Assembly (NCBI GenBank): GCA_030167865.1
Contig: JALAGF010003307.1
Coordinates: forward strand, 1 to 64,000
Direction of reading: 5' to 3'
DNA length: 64,000 nt
From: Craspedostauros australis
Taxonomy: Eukaryota
Shown here: in pieces, positions 12,910 to 24,100 of the stretch
How the letters are laid out: each line of letters starts with the position of its first letter
Numbering within the stretch: the stretch's first letter is position 1
Made by a program: the position numbers and the translations under genes
The notes under the pieces: model-generated
The model's input: the letters and a program-made list of their open reading frames with translations, nothing else
Databases searched by the model: none
Told to the model about the DNA's origin: nothing

Positions 12910-14360
12910 GGCTGTGTGGCTGTTTGTGGTGTTCCTTTCTGTCGACTCCGATCTTTGCTTGGGATGGATTATGACAGTTTCCAGGTGGAGTTTCAGTTGG
13001 TTCCGGGGCGCGGCTGCGGTCGCTGATTCTGTCGATGTTGAGGTCGCTTTTGAGGTCGCTGTTGAGGTTGATGTTGATGCCTTCTGTGTGTGTCTGATCC
13101 AAGACGAGCTGCTCTGACCAATAGGTTGTACTCGCGCTCGTGCAAAGAAGAGGTCGGCGATCCAAACTCGTTCCGTGTGTGATCGTTGCGCTTCTGTTCT
13201 GTTCTGCTCTTGTTCTTTGCTGTTGCTGTTTGTGCTTTGTTGGTGATGCTGATCTGGTTGTCGGTGGCGCTCTTTGCTCTGCTCTGTTGCTTTTGTCGCA
13301 GTGCTTGTCAACGGAAACGCGGATGTGTTCTGTCTCAAACAACCCTTCTGTCTCTCTCTCTCTCTCCTTGGGCCGTACTGTTGTGCAGTGCGACTGTGTT
13401 GCTGTACGATTACGTATGGTGCGATCTGGTCTGTCTCTGTCTGTCTCCCTCTCCCTCGATCTTTGTTTTCTGTGTGTGTCTCTGTGTGGAGTAGATCGTT
13501 CCAATACGAGCTCTGTTGCTGGCTGTGTTCTGATGTCGCCTCTGTTTCTATCTTGGGTTTGCGTGCTTCTTGTGCAGGCAAAACTAACGCGGACGAGTTG
13601 GAAGAGCGTCACAGTCGTGCCTCGCCATCTTCAATTTCAACAACGAAGTATCACACACCACCAGACACACCACCAACCCGAGCTAAATTCTCGTTCAGCG
13701 GATCGTGGCTGGCGAGTCCTGATCCCCACTTCACTCCACACAAACCCACGCACACAGCGTTCCCGCGACAACCAGGGTTGGTGTGACCCCACGTTCGCGA
13801 ACCCAAATGAAATCCGAAGTGGTTCCTGTTCCGCGCGGTTCGCAAGGATTGCATCAAGGCATCACCAAACCAACCAATCAGATTCACTCCTGGGAAGAAT
13901 GCGACACAGAAAAGAAGATTCGCTTTGGTTTAGTCGCGTGAGTCATATATGATCACTTGGCTTCAACCAAGTTGACTGGATTGACTCAGGCAAGACCAAC
14001 CAACAACCACGAAATGGCTGGGCGCAACGAGTGGACGGAGTTTCTCACATCGACAACACCAACAACATCAAAACCACCGAAAACAACCACAACAACCACT
14101 CCATCCGCCATGAGAGGAAGCGACCATGACAGTCACTGCTCGGAGTGATGCCGTCCCAAGAACGAAACAGAGAAGGAAAGGAAAGGAAAACTTGTATTGT
14201 GCTTCTAACCGTTGCGAACAGAGTAGAATTGCACAAAAGCAACAGCGCGCCAATCCCCCAACCTTATCTCCCAACACGCACGGTCCATTGCACCAACAAT
14301 TGAACATCGAAGAACCGACGAAAGCCATTGGCGCGAGCTTCGGCAACCTATTCTATCAAC

Positions 14361-15778
14361 ATGACTTCGACATCTGTGGAAATGCCTCGGGGCGAAGTGA
14401 CGTCGAAGAGCTACTTGACAAAGATGCTGGGTTTGCCATCCCAGCAATCGGATCAGATCATCCAGGCGTTGCTGCCGCAGGTACGTGCCTACCTACTAAT
14501 GCTTCCAACTCGTAGGTCGTACGAGTATTGTGCCCATGTGTCCTGGAAACAAGCACCGATTTGCTCATTCAGCTTCGATCCCCTCATCTATTGCATAATA
14601 CCATTTGAACTTCATCTCTCACGAACGCTTTTTCGCTTCGTGCCCTTACGCCTTGTGCTGTGCACTTGATTGATCGATCGATGGACTAACTGTGATGCTC
14701 ACCGACTCTCCCTCACAAATTGCGACTCCGATGCGCTGACAAATCAACCAACCGACCAACATGGCACTCTGAACGACCAATACTCGTGGAATGGTGATTT
14801 TCGAATTTGGGCACAACCTCCCCATGACAAATGCATGCGCAGACACATGCAAATGCGTTCTGGGCGCAAAGCACACGGACGGATGGCCGTTCGTTTTCCC
14901 AGCCTCGCACGACGTCGGTCGTCACCTCCATCCTCAAGCATTCCTTGGGCTCCGCATCGATTCAGCTGGGAAGCACCAAGATCATCGCTGCGAACACCAT
15001 CGAGATCGGACAGCCAACGCCGACTGCACCTGATCATGGCGATGTCGTGGTGCAGGTGCACCGCAAAGGACGCAACAGAAATGACGATGGCGGGAACAGA
15101 ACCTGCAGCACCACCAATGCGTCGTACCTGCAATCCTGGCTGCAGCGACAGCTCTCCGAATTCATCCCGCCGTACCTGAATTTGCTCACGGGACGCGCCA
15201 CGATCCGGTTGATCGTCACTGTCCTGATACTGCAAGACGATGGCAATCTCATGGATGCCTCGTTGCTGGCCTGCATGGCGGCATGGAATGATACCAAGCT
15301 GCCTGTGCTCGGGGTGGATCTGGAAGAGCAGGCGGGCAAACTGTGGTGGAAGAAGGATCCAGCCAAGACATGGATCCGACGACCAATCAAGAATCCGGAT
15401 GCGGATGACATGCAAATTGATGACAAGAATGACGCCGAAACGCAAGCGCAAGCGCAGGAGCGACAGTCCAAATCCGAGCTTCGATTCTCGCTCACAGTCG
15501 GCATCATTCGGCAGCACCAACAGCATGGACTTGATGACGTCCATAATGATGATCATGACGGTGACAACGATGCTGCGAAGCGATTTCTGGTGGATCCCAC
15601 CAAGCAGGAAATGGCACTGATGGAAGGCACAATCACGATAACGATCCATGTGCCATCCAAGCTCACTCAGATAGAATTCACATCACCGATCCCGCTCGAT
15701 CCCAGCGATTTCGCAGTTCTGTCCAAGATGGCGGAAGATCGATCGAATGAGCTGCTACGGGTGATGCAGAAGTCGTAG
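14361..15778 (+). CDS. RRP43: exosome complex RNase PH-like subunit, RRP43/EXOSC8-like; exons 14361(or 14424)-14480 and 14843-15778
   Basis: The spliced N-terminus reads IQALLPQ|THANAFWAQSTRTDGRSF..GSASIQLGSTKII. Also DDGNLMDASLLACMAAWNDTKLP and FLVDPTKQE. Donor CAG|GTACGT at 14481, acceptor GCGCAG at 14842, phase 0. Confidence 0.75.
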
Positions 15779-16859
15779 CCAATCACGTGAGATGAATCTT
15801 CTCGGCAGCGTACCTATGGATGGGAGTGTCACACGAGTCTGCGTACTGGTACGATGCTCGTCGAACAACAGTTCTTCCGTCTACGAGCACAGGTATTAGT
15901 ACACATTCTTCGAGTACCACAGTCTCTTGTAGGTAAGAGGGTTCCGTGTCTCTTCGAGGTTCCATGGCCAGACACCACCTGTGCTTCTGCTCATGTCCAA
16001 TGATCCTTCACAGAAGGAGAGGAAAACGAGAGGATTGATGCTGAAGCATCGTACGAGCTACTATACTCGAGAGCACAGAGTGTTTCATGGGAGAGAAACG
16101 CCGGGCCGAGTGGAATGAAGCATATCGCCATGTGCCGACTACGATCTCGTACCTATTATAGTACTCTAGAGAATTTGCTGCAGAGGAGAGCCTGCTGCGT
16201 ACCTGCGGATACTCTGCGAGGAGCCTTCCATCTCCCACGTCCCCTGTGCTTCATGCTGGTTGCTGTCGCCTTCAACCAAAACATTTGGATGTGGCACCAA
16301 AGAGCGTTGCTTTGCGGAGAACAGGATCGGCGGATGTACGTACGTGGCACGCGTCGCATGCGACCTCCCAATACACAGAACTGGACGTCTCCAAGTTCAA
16401 CGAGCGTGTCGCGAACCAAGATCGCAAGGAGGAGTATTTCAGTGCCAGACCAAGGGAGCGATGTTGGGCTCCTCCTTGGGTTGCAAAGTCCTGTTTGTCC
16501 TTTGTTGAACTACCAATAGATGGTACGTATGGTACGAGTGCAAGTGCGAGCGCGAGCATCAGTACACCGAAACACGCAACAGCTGTCTCGCGGCAGAGAT
16601 AAGTCAACAGTTCCGACGCACTGATCTGCTTCAATTGGCATCTAAGGTGTTGCATACATGTGTAATGTTGGTACCATATCTCGTACTCTCCAGAGTGGAA
16701 CAAAGGGTTTCCTACACGGCGCCGCTTCGTCGCAAGAGAGATGGTTTCAGCTGTACATTTACGTCTTATATATAATATATTGCTACCCTATGGTACGACA
16801 ATGGCGTGTGTGCCTGTGTCTGTGGGAGAGAGAATCCAACAGTGTTGTTGTGCTCTATC

Positions 16860-18137
16860 TTAGCTTGATCGTCGACGCTTGTTACGGCTGCTGTTGCTGC
16901 CGATGATGACATCGGTGCCTGCATGCGCGTCGAACCTTCGTTTCGCGCTGGCAACGCCGTCGCTGTCGTCTTCGTCGTGAACATCGTGGACCACCGTGGA
17001 TGAGTGGTGGTCCCCGAAGGCAGGGACAGGGGCGGGGCCTGGGGCAGCGATAGTCGGATGATGGTCAGCCTCGTCTCCCACCACCAGATGGCTGCACTCT
17101 GATGTCAGGAGGTAGGCTCGCTTGATCTTGAAGGTGAGCTCGCAGAAGTAGGCGGACTCAGTGGACATCCCGAAGAGGCTGCGCAAGAGCCTGGAGCAGT
17201 GCTCGTTGGCAGTGTAGTGGCAGAGCCCCAGATCGGCGATAGTGTTGAACACGCATCCCATGGCGATGTGCGATGCCGGGACGCCGATCAAGGTGCTGTC
17301 CATGACACTAACTTCCGCGAAGAAGCATGCGTTCTCCCAGATCTGGACGATCTTGTCGGATGCGACGCATCCCTTGACGTGTCGAAGAATGTGGGCGATG
17401 AACTCGCGCGGGGCGATGAAGCGGTGCTGCCACGAAAGGAGCTTGAGCAGCTTGTTCCCAGTGTGGACGATCTGTGGCACTGTGTGGGCGGAACGGCACA
17501 GCTCCAAGATCCTTGGCAGGCCCATGCTGCTCTTGCCGCGGATGCGGATGGCGATGAACAGGCACGCGATGGCCACGCGCGCTTCTCCTTCACGAGAATG
17601 CGGCTGCTGCGTGTCTTGAGGTGGTGGTGGTTGTTGAACTTGTTGTTGTTGAAGGATGGAGGCGTAGTATCGGTCGTAGACACCCATGGCAACGTGCACG
17701 ATGTCTCTGGATTCGTTGGCCAAGTCGACGAAGTTGTAGAGCCATTCACACAGCCATTGTCTCCGGTTGAAATCGAAGGCAGAAGTCGAGCAAGCTGGAA
17801 GCGAGGCGAGGGCTACGAAATCGGGTTCGTGACGAGCGGCCTCCTCGACGGCGATCAGCGCATCCAACGAAAGCCGTTTGTTGCACCCATCTGGAGCCGA
17901 TGCTGAACTTAGCGATACCGCTGCTGATGCCGACGAACGCGATGTTGATGTTGATCCTGATGCTGAGAATGAAAGGGGACCATGTGCCAGCTCAACAGAT
18001 GCAACCTTGCTGTCTTCATCGTCCCCTTCGCTGATTTTGTGAGCGGGTGGGCCTCCCCTGTTGGCGTCATCTCGCAGGTCGTGGGGATTGAAGAGGTTCT
18101 GTTGTTGTTGACGGTCCTGATGCATTGCGACTTCCAT
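16860..18137 (-). CDS. cyclin (resembles diatom-specific dsCYC type)
   Basis: Cyclin box RQWLCEWLYNFVD..RDIVHVAMGVYDRY..ACLFIAIRI..LKLLSW. C-terminal fold FFAEVSVMD..PASHIAMGCV. Confidence 0.85.
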   Translation of the reverse strand: MEVAMHQDRQQQQNLFNPHDLRDDANRGGPPAHKISEGDDEDSKVASVELAHGPLSFSASGSTSTSRSSASAAVSLSSASAPDGCNKRLSLDALIAVEEAARHEPDFVALASLPACSTSAFDFNRRQWLCEWLYNFVDLANESRDIVHVAMGVYDRYYASILQQQQVQQPPPPQDTQQPHSREGEARVAIACLFIAIRIRGKSSMGLPRILELCRSAHTVPQIVHTGNKLLKLLSWQHRFIAPREFIAHILRHVKGCVASDKIVQIWENACFFAEVSVMDSTLIGVPASHIAMGCVFNTIADLGLCHYTANEHCSRLLRSLFGMSTESAYFCELTFKIKRAYLLTSECSHLVVGDEADHHPTIAAPGPAPVPAFGDHHSSTVVHDVHDEDDSDGVASAKRRFDAHAGTDVIIGSNSSRNKRRRSS

Positions 18138-19391
18138 CTTGCATCGAATTGACTAAGAGTAGAGTAGAGTAGATTTGAGTGGAGTTGGGTAGTACGTACG
18201 TTTCAAGTTGTTGTTTGCTGTCGTCTTTGGAACTTGCGTGGCTTGTCGTGCGATGTTCTTGCTTGTGCTTTTGCTTTTGCTTGTTGGTTGTGGTGCTTTT
18301 GCTGAGAGCGCCGCCGTAGGTACGAAGTTGTGTGCGATGATGTGCCAGATGGCTGGTGTGCCGAAATGAGTGGAATGCACAGCATTGCAAAGCAGAAGAA
18401 CCACCACTCAGAACGCGGCGATTCGGTGAGAGGAATGGATCAGGTTGGGGTGCACTGCGCGCAAAATCACACAGAAAAACGATGAAGGTCGGCCAAACTC
18501 CAAAACCTGGATCACACGAGGTCGGTGGTATCGAAGAAAATTGCGGAAGAAGAATGGAAATGTGGTTGTTTTCCGAGAGCCAACAAGTTCAATGAGAGCC
18601 TTCTCCCCAGCCGAAACAACTTGTTTTATACTGTATCGTGTGGATATTCCCAGCGATATTGCAATGACACAGTCGCTTGATGGGCGATGATCACAAACTT
18701 ACGCAGATGGACTGCCAGCGCACAGGAGAGACACATCATTCTGGTGCGTCGTCACAAACAACCGTGAACGATTCTAGTGTAGTGTGCAATACCACGGTTT
18801 ATTATTATGAGACGATTCATCCTAATCACGGTTTTCGTTTTTGCATAAGTGTGTTCCGTCTTGTTGACGTTTCCAACAAATGACGCATTCGTCGACTACT
18901 TTCGGTGCGCTTCGAACACGTCGTTTGAGATGTTGAAGGTGCGCTGCCAGGAATGTGACGTCATGTCGTACTGTTACTGCCAACATTGTGCTTCGTGGGT
19001 GGCCATGCCGTTGAGCATGGTTCTTCTTGATTTCGACATTTTGCCGTTCGACTCCAACCTCCATTCGATGCATAAAGTTACGGTAATTAAAGTATTTATC
19101 TCAATTGTTTGTGTAATGTACAGCTGATTCGAATTACCATAAATCCCAATCACTTGTTCGTTTGGGTTGTGTGATGAATTCCGCAGCTCCATCGCGCTTC
19201 GCAGTCGTGTTTTGTGTGAAAACTGGTAGCCTCTTCGAATAAAAAATGGCATACAAATCGCAACAGGAACTGGGGTAGCGACAGGAACAGACAACCATCA
19301 GTCCACAACCACGTATTCTATAAGATTGAAGGAACAGACAACCAGATAACCAGGGGATGAATGCGCAAGGAGCAAGGACGTTGGATTGAAG

Positions 19392-20666
19392 ATGGAAAGC
19401 CTCAGTGAAGAAGATAGGCTCGACATCGAGCTGTCACACAGGTACCGCCTGGCTCTGAAATCGTCCCCGTCGCAATCTTCGTTCCGAGTGCTGGCGTTGC
19501 TTTTCTTTGCTCTGGATGCAACCCAGAAAGACGTTCGTGGCGACGATAGCGATGGTGGTGATGGTGACGGTGATGGTGACGGTGACGGTGACAGCCAAGA
19601 TACGGAACATGCAACGTCGAAGAAGGATCAGCAAGCGCTGCTTCCTCCGCTCATCCCGATGTCACGAGCCGCCTCCGATGGACGGACCTACGTGGTTGGA
19701 ACGAACGATGAGCCAGGCTACATGGGCGGTGCCATCTGCGCCGAACGCGCCGCCATGGTTCAGCTGCGATTCGCACCATCGTCGCACACCATCACCAAAG
19801 TCGTCATTTGTACCGATTCATACGATCCCATCGCACCGGGCATGCTGTGCCGCGAGTTCCTGGCGGGCCATGGCAAGCAGGTGCCGTGGGATGTCCCTGT
19901 ACTGTCGTCGGGCAACCAGTGCCAGTCCTGCCAACAACGAGACGCGGATCTTTTTGACGCGGAGGGGTGCATTGGCAAATGCCGTGGTGCGATCCAATCA
20001 GGGGAAGATTCCAAGCCGCGAAAACACAGCCTACGCCTTCTCAAGACGACCTTGAAGGATCTGTACACGTATCCATCGCCGTACACTCGTTTGACGGCGA
20101 TCGAGTCGAGGCTTTTAGGAGAGCAATTCAAATCTGGCGAGATCCAATATGATAGTGTGAAAGCAGTTGATGATGCACAACACCACACGCAGACTCAACA
20201 GCAACAGCAACAGCAGGAGCTGTATGGATATGCGTCGTTAAGGCAGTCCGCCCAGGAGGCAGCAGTTTCCAGCCTCAGAACCACCAACGCCCTTGACAAC
20301 CATCCAATCCAATTCGGTTGCGCGGTGCAGTTCGAGGATGGCACTATCCAAACCTCATTCCAGACCAGCGGCCTCGAGTACGGCTGCACGCTGGATGCGG
20401 TGAGTCAGATGGCGACGAATGTCTTGGCAAACATGCAAAATGGTAACCCTGCGGTTGCCGTGGCTCAAGCCGACCAGTACGGTGTCGTTCATGCGCCCTT
20501 CGCACCCGCGAGGGCATTCCTCACGGAGCACGGGTTGGAGGGTTGCAAGGTGCTCGTGACGACCCACGATAGTTGCGAGCAAGGGCAGACAAGTATTTGG
20601 CGATTGAAGTGGATCGTGGCCAAGGACCTGGCGCCGAATGCACCAGCTTGGACAAACACGCTGTGA
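19392..20666 (+). CDS. cytidine deaminase-like protein with one near-canonical and one degenerate CDA domain
   Basis: First domain FRVLA..GTNDE..ICAERAAM..APGMLCREFL. Second domain FGCAVQFEDG..LEYGCTLDAV..APFAPARAFLTE. Confidence 0.8.
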   Translation: MESLSEEDRLDIELSHRYRLALKSSPSQSSFRVLALLFFALDATQKDVRGDDSDGGDGDGDGDGDGDSQDTEHATSKKDQQALLPPLIPMSRAASDGRTYVVGTNDEPGYMGGAICAERAAMVQLRFAPSSHTITKVVICTDSYDPIAPGMLCREFLAGHGKQVPWDVPVLSSGNQCQSCQQRDADLFDAEGCIGKCRGAIQSGEDSKPRKHSLRLLKTTLKDLYTYPSPYTRLTAIESRLLGEQFKSGEIQYDSVKAVDDAQHHTQTQQQQQQQELYGYASLRQSAQEAAVSSLRTTNALDNHPIQFGCAVQFEDGTIQTSFQTSGLEYGCTLDAVSQMATNVLANMQNGNPAVAVAQADQYGVVHAPFAPARAFLTEHGLEGCKVLVTTHDSCEQGQTSIWRLKWIVAKDLAPNAPAWTNTL

Positions 20667-21187
20667 TGGATGTATGATTCGAGTACGCCTACGGACGATA
20701 CTCTCCAAGTACACACCGACTAGTATGGTGAGCACTGTTGTGGTCATACGCAGAGTGGATACAAACGATACAAGCATCTTGCAATGCTGTCAACCTCACA
20801 TCTTGCAGCTACAGGCACTAGTACGTACCGTACGACTACAGCTACAACTGCAAGTGCTCAGGCAAACACAGATACTGATGGAAACGCACGCAGAGTGCTA
20901 ATACTCCACAAATACTAATACTGATACCATGCAGATCGAGTATTCTACCACGATGCACCACACGAAAACCACCGCCACAGGAGCGCCCATTCTCATAGCT
21001 TGTACCCACAGCCTGACGTGGTCATCGCTCTCCTACAAGTGAAGCCAGCTTTGCCATTCGCACGAGCACCCGTGGAATAGTATTATTCATTCGTACTCAT
21101 GGTTTTTAGTTCAATTCTTTTTCTGTACTTCGTACATGTGTGATCATGCGCTATGACATGCGTGCAAACACGCGTTGCCCCAGCGCG

Positions 21188-24100
21188 CTAGCGCTGGAGG
21201 TTCTGGTCTTCGGACAGCCACTGGCGCAGTGACGAAGCAATGGCCAAAGTGTCCTTGTGCTCCGGCCCGAAAATCGCGGTGTACATGTCCAGCGCCTCGC
21301 GCAGATGCGCGATGGATTGATCGTGGCTGTTTTCTGCGTTCTGCTGGCGGAAGATGGTCGCACATTTGATGTGGGCCTTGGCCTTTTCGGTGTGCGAGGC
21401 AGCCGGGCTGTCGTCCTTCACTTCGCGGAGCAAGGTCATGTACGCCACGAGGGCGCCTTCGTTGTCGCCGATCTTCAGCTTGAGCGATCCGATTCTGCCC
21501 AAGGCCGCGATCAAGTGCTTGTGCGCGGTGTTCTTGCCGTCCACTGGTTTCGATGCACCCTTGTGCAGATCGGCCAGCGCGCTCTCGTACTCGCGCAGTC
21601 CACGGACGCCGTCCTCGTAACATTCGATGGCAGCATTCAGATCTCCCTTCTTCGACCGGATGGAAGCGATGTTGAGATTGATCAAGGTCACGTCGTATTT
21701 GCACTTGATTTCGAATTCCGGATCGCGGATGAGCTGGGCGGGCACGGCGCCGTACGTCGCCTTCGCAGCCTCGTAATGCTCCAGCGCCTCGTTCATCTTC
21801 CCGTGCTTGGCGAGGAGGATGGCGTACGAGTTGATAGTCTTGGCAACAGGGACGCAGTGGCTGCCGTTGACTGTGCGTCTCATGGAGATAACTTCTTCGA
21901 ACATGGATTGGGCCTTCTGCATGTCACCGAGATCCACCAGCAACGACGCGAGGCTTTGCGCGTTGGCGATGGAGTTGAAGTGCAAGGTTGCGTTGCATGC
22001 TTCGTAAATACGAGCCGCTTCGGCAAACTTCAACAGTGCCACGCGCGTTTCGCCCAGCTTGACCAACGCCTTGGCGACAGAATGCAAGGCATCGGCGACG
22101 TTGGTGTGGTAAGAACCAAGGACGCCCTTGTAAATTCCAACGGCCTCCTCCAGTCGCAGCATGGCATCCTTCGGCTGTCGGGCCTTCAGCAGACCATCGC
22201 CCACCGCGGCCAAGCACATTGCCATTCCGAGAGAATCGGACGAGTTGCCCTCTCCCTTCATGTTGGCAACTCTGTAGACCTCGTCGATCAAGAGCCTCGA
22301 TCCATCGCGAACGACTCCGTTGACGTCGAATTTCGTTGTCATGTGCGTCGACGATCTGTCCACACCATTCGATCCGTTCTTCGACGATGCAGCTGCTGCC
22401 GAATCCTTGTGGTCGATGGTGATGGGAATGGTGATGTTGCTACCAAGGCGTCGCAGCTCTTGCAAATCCGCAACGTGGCGACCGCTGGCCTCCACAACGC
22501 CGAGGGCCTGCACTCGCCGTCCGATGAAGTGTGCATCTGCGAGGACCTCGCCTGCGACGGTGAACGCCTGGCATTGCATGAGATGCGATGGGAGGAAGGC
22601 GGTGAGATACTCCTCCATTCGACCGCCACCTGGTAAGGCCAACACATCGAGCTGGCCGTTCTTGAGCGCTTCTGCCACGGATCCAGTCTGCTCCACGTCG
22701 TCTCCCATGTTGAGGAGCGACGACACGACGAGCTTGTGCGCTGCGTCGTGCTGCATGCCACCCCGTGGGAGTGGCGCTGTGAATTGCTGCGTGAGGAAAC
22801 GCAGTGGTGCACCCCAAAGAGAGCTGGATTCCTTGCTGAACTCATTCTCTTCTTCGATTTTGGACAGGTACGAGGTGAAGTTATCGGCATCAGGCGACAG
22901 CGTTGGCGTGCTGCGTTGCCCCATCTCTTCAGCCACCGCCTTCAGGGAGTCGTGCATGACGAAGAATTGCTGGATGCCAGAGTAGCGACGTGGCTCGATG
23001 TCATCGTCCCAGTCCGAGTCGGATCGTTCCGATTTGTCCCGCTGGTCACCAGCAGCGGATGGGCTGTGCGGCAACCGCAGCGTCCCGCGCGATGAACACC
23101 CATGTCTGGCGCGTTCGATCAGATTCAGCTTTTCCAGCAACGACAAAATCTGGCTCCCGGACGTGTCCTTGAGGCCTTCGTCCGATGCGATGATGGTGCG
23201 AAAGACGCGCAGGACGACCGACTGCGGTATTCCCTTGCCTGCTAGCATCCAGTCATTGTTGCGGAAGGCCATGGCGAACGACACGAAGCACCGTCGGAGG
23301 GCCACGCGGGTGCGCACTTCGCTGATGGTGAAGAAGCTGAGGTCGACCACGCGATTGACAGCGTTCACAAAACTCCGCAGCTGAGACGCCTCCTCGAGAT
23401 TGAGGCGGCACTGGTGGATGAGCGATGACCAGGCGGGCGACGAGATGTTCCAACTTCGGTTGCTTTGCCTCAGCATGCTGCCTGAGATTCGCACGGCAAG
23501 GGGCGAATTGCCGCAGCCCTTGACGATTAACTTGGCTTGGTTGAAAACGGCCGAGTTCTTGCCACCGTATGGACGTCGTCCAGACGTGGACAGAAGCAGC
23601 TTGACCGCTTCGTGCTCCGAGAGGATGCGAACGAACACTTCCTGCACGAGGCCTGGACCGAGAAGGTTTGGCGTTCTGGTCGTGATGAGGATTCGAAGAG
23701 GGTGGGGGTCGTCGCCCTTCTTGCTGCGTTGTGGTCGCAATCCGTTCAGTATCTTGTTGTCAAAGATGAACCATTTGGCATCCTCCACTCTGCAGACATC
23801 GTCGAGACAGATGAGCACCTTTTTCCTGATGATGAGCCGACCCAGATCCTCCTTGATGGCTTCGATGTCCCCGCCTTGGAATCGTCGCCGGCTTGCCGCC
23901 AGCTGCGCGATGCGTTGTTTGCGGGCGTCTGACTTCGACCCGTTCTGCGCTTGGGTGTCGCCGTTGGAGTGCGAGGTGTTTGATGGAATGGCCGAGTTGC
24001 CTGCGCCTCCAGCGTTGCCGTCACCATTTTCTTGCGACAGCTCGTTGGCCTCCTCGAGGATGTCGTCCAGATCGGCATCCTTCAAGATGAGCTGCCTGTA

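Noticed and set aside
12480-13950. Several 100-285 aa ORFs on both strands
   Set aside because: They translate microsatellite and GT-skewed low-complexity DNA (poly-C, poly-T/N runs); likely UTR or promoter sequence.
21257-22636. 459-aa ORF antisense to the TPR region (also 34806-35729, 46461-47696, 49794-50726 and the same-strand alternative frame 49298-50374)
   Set aside because: Shadow ORFs expected from the strong C/G third-position bias of the real genes; no motifs.
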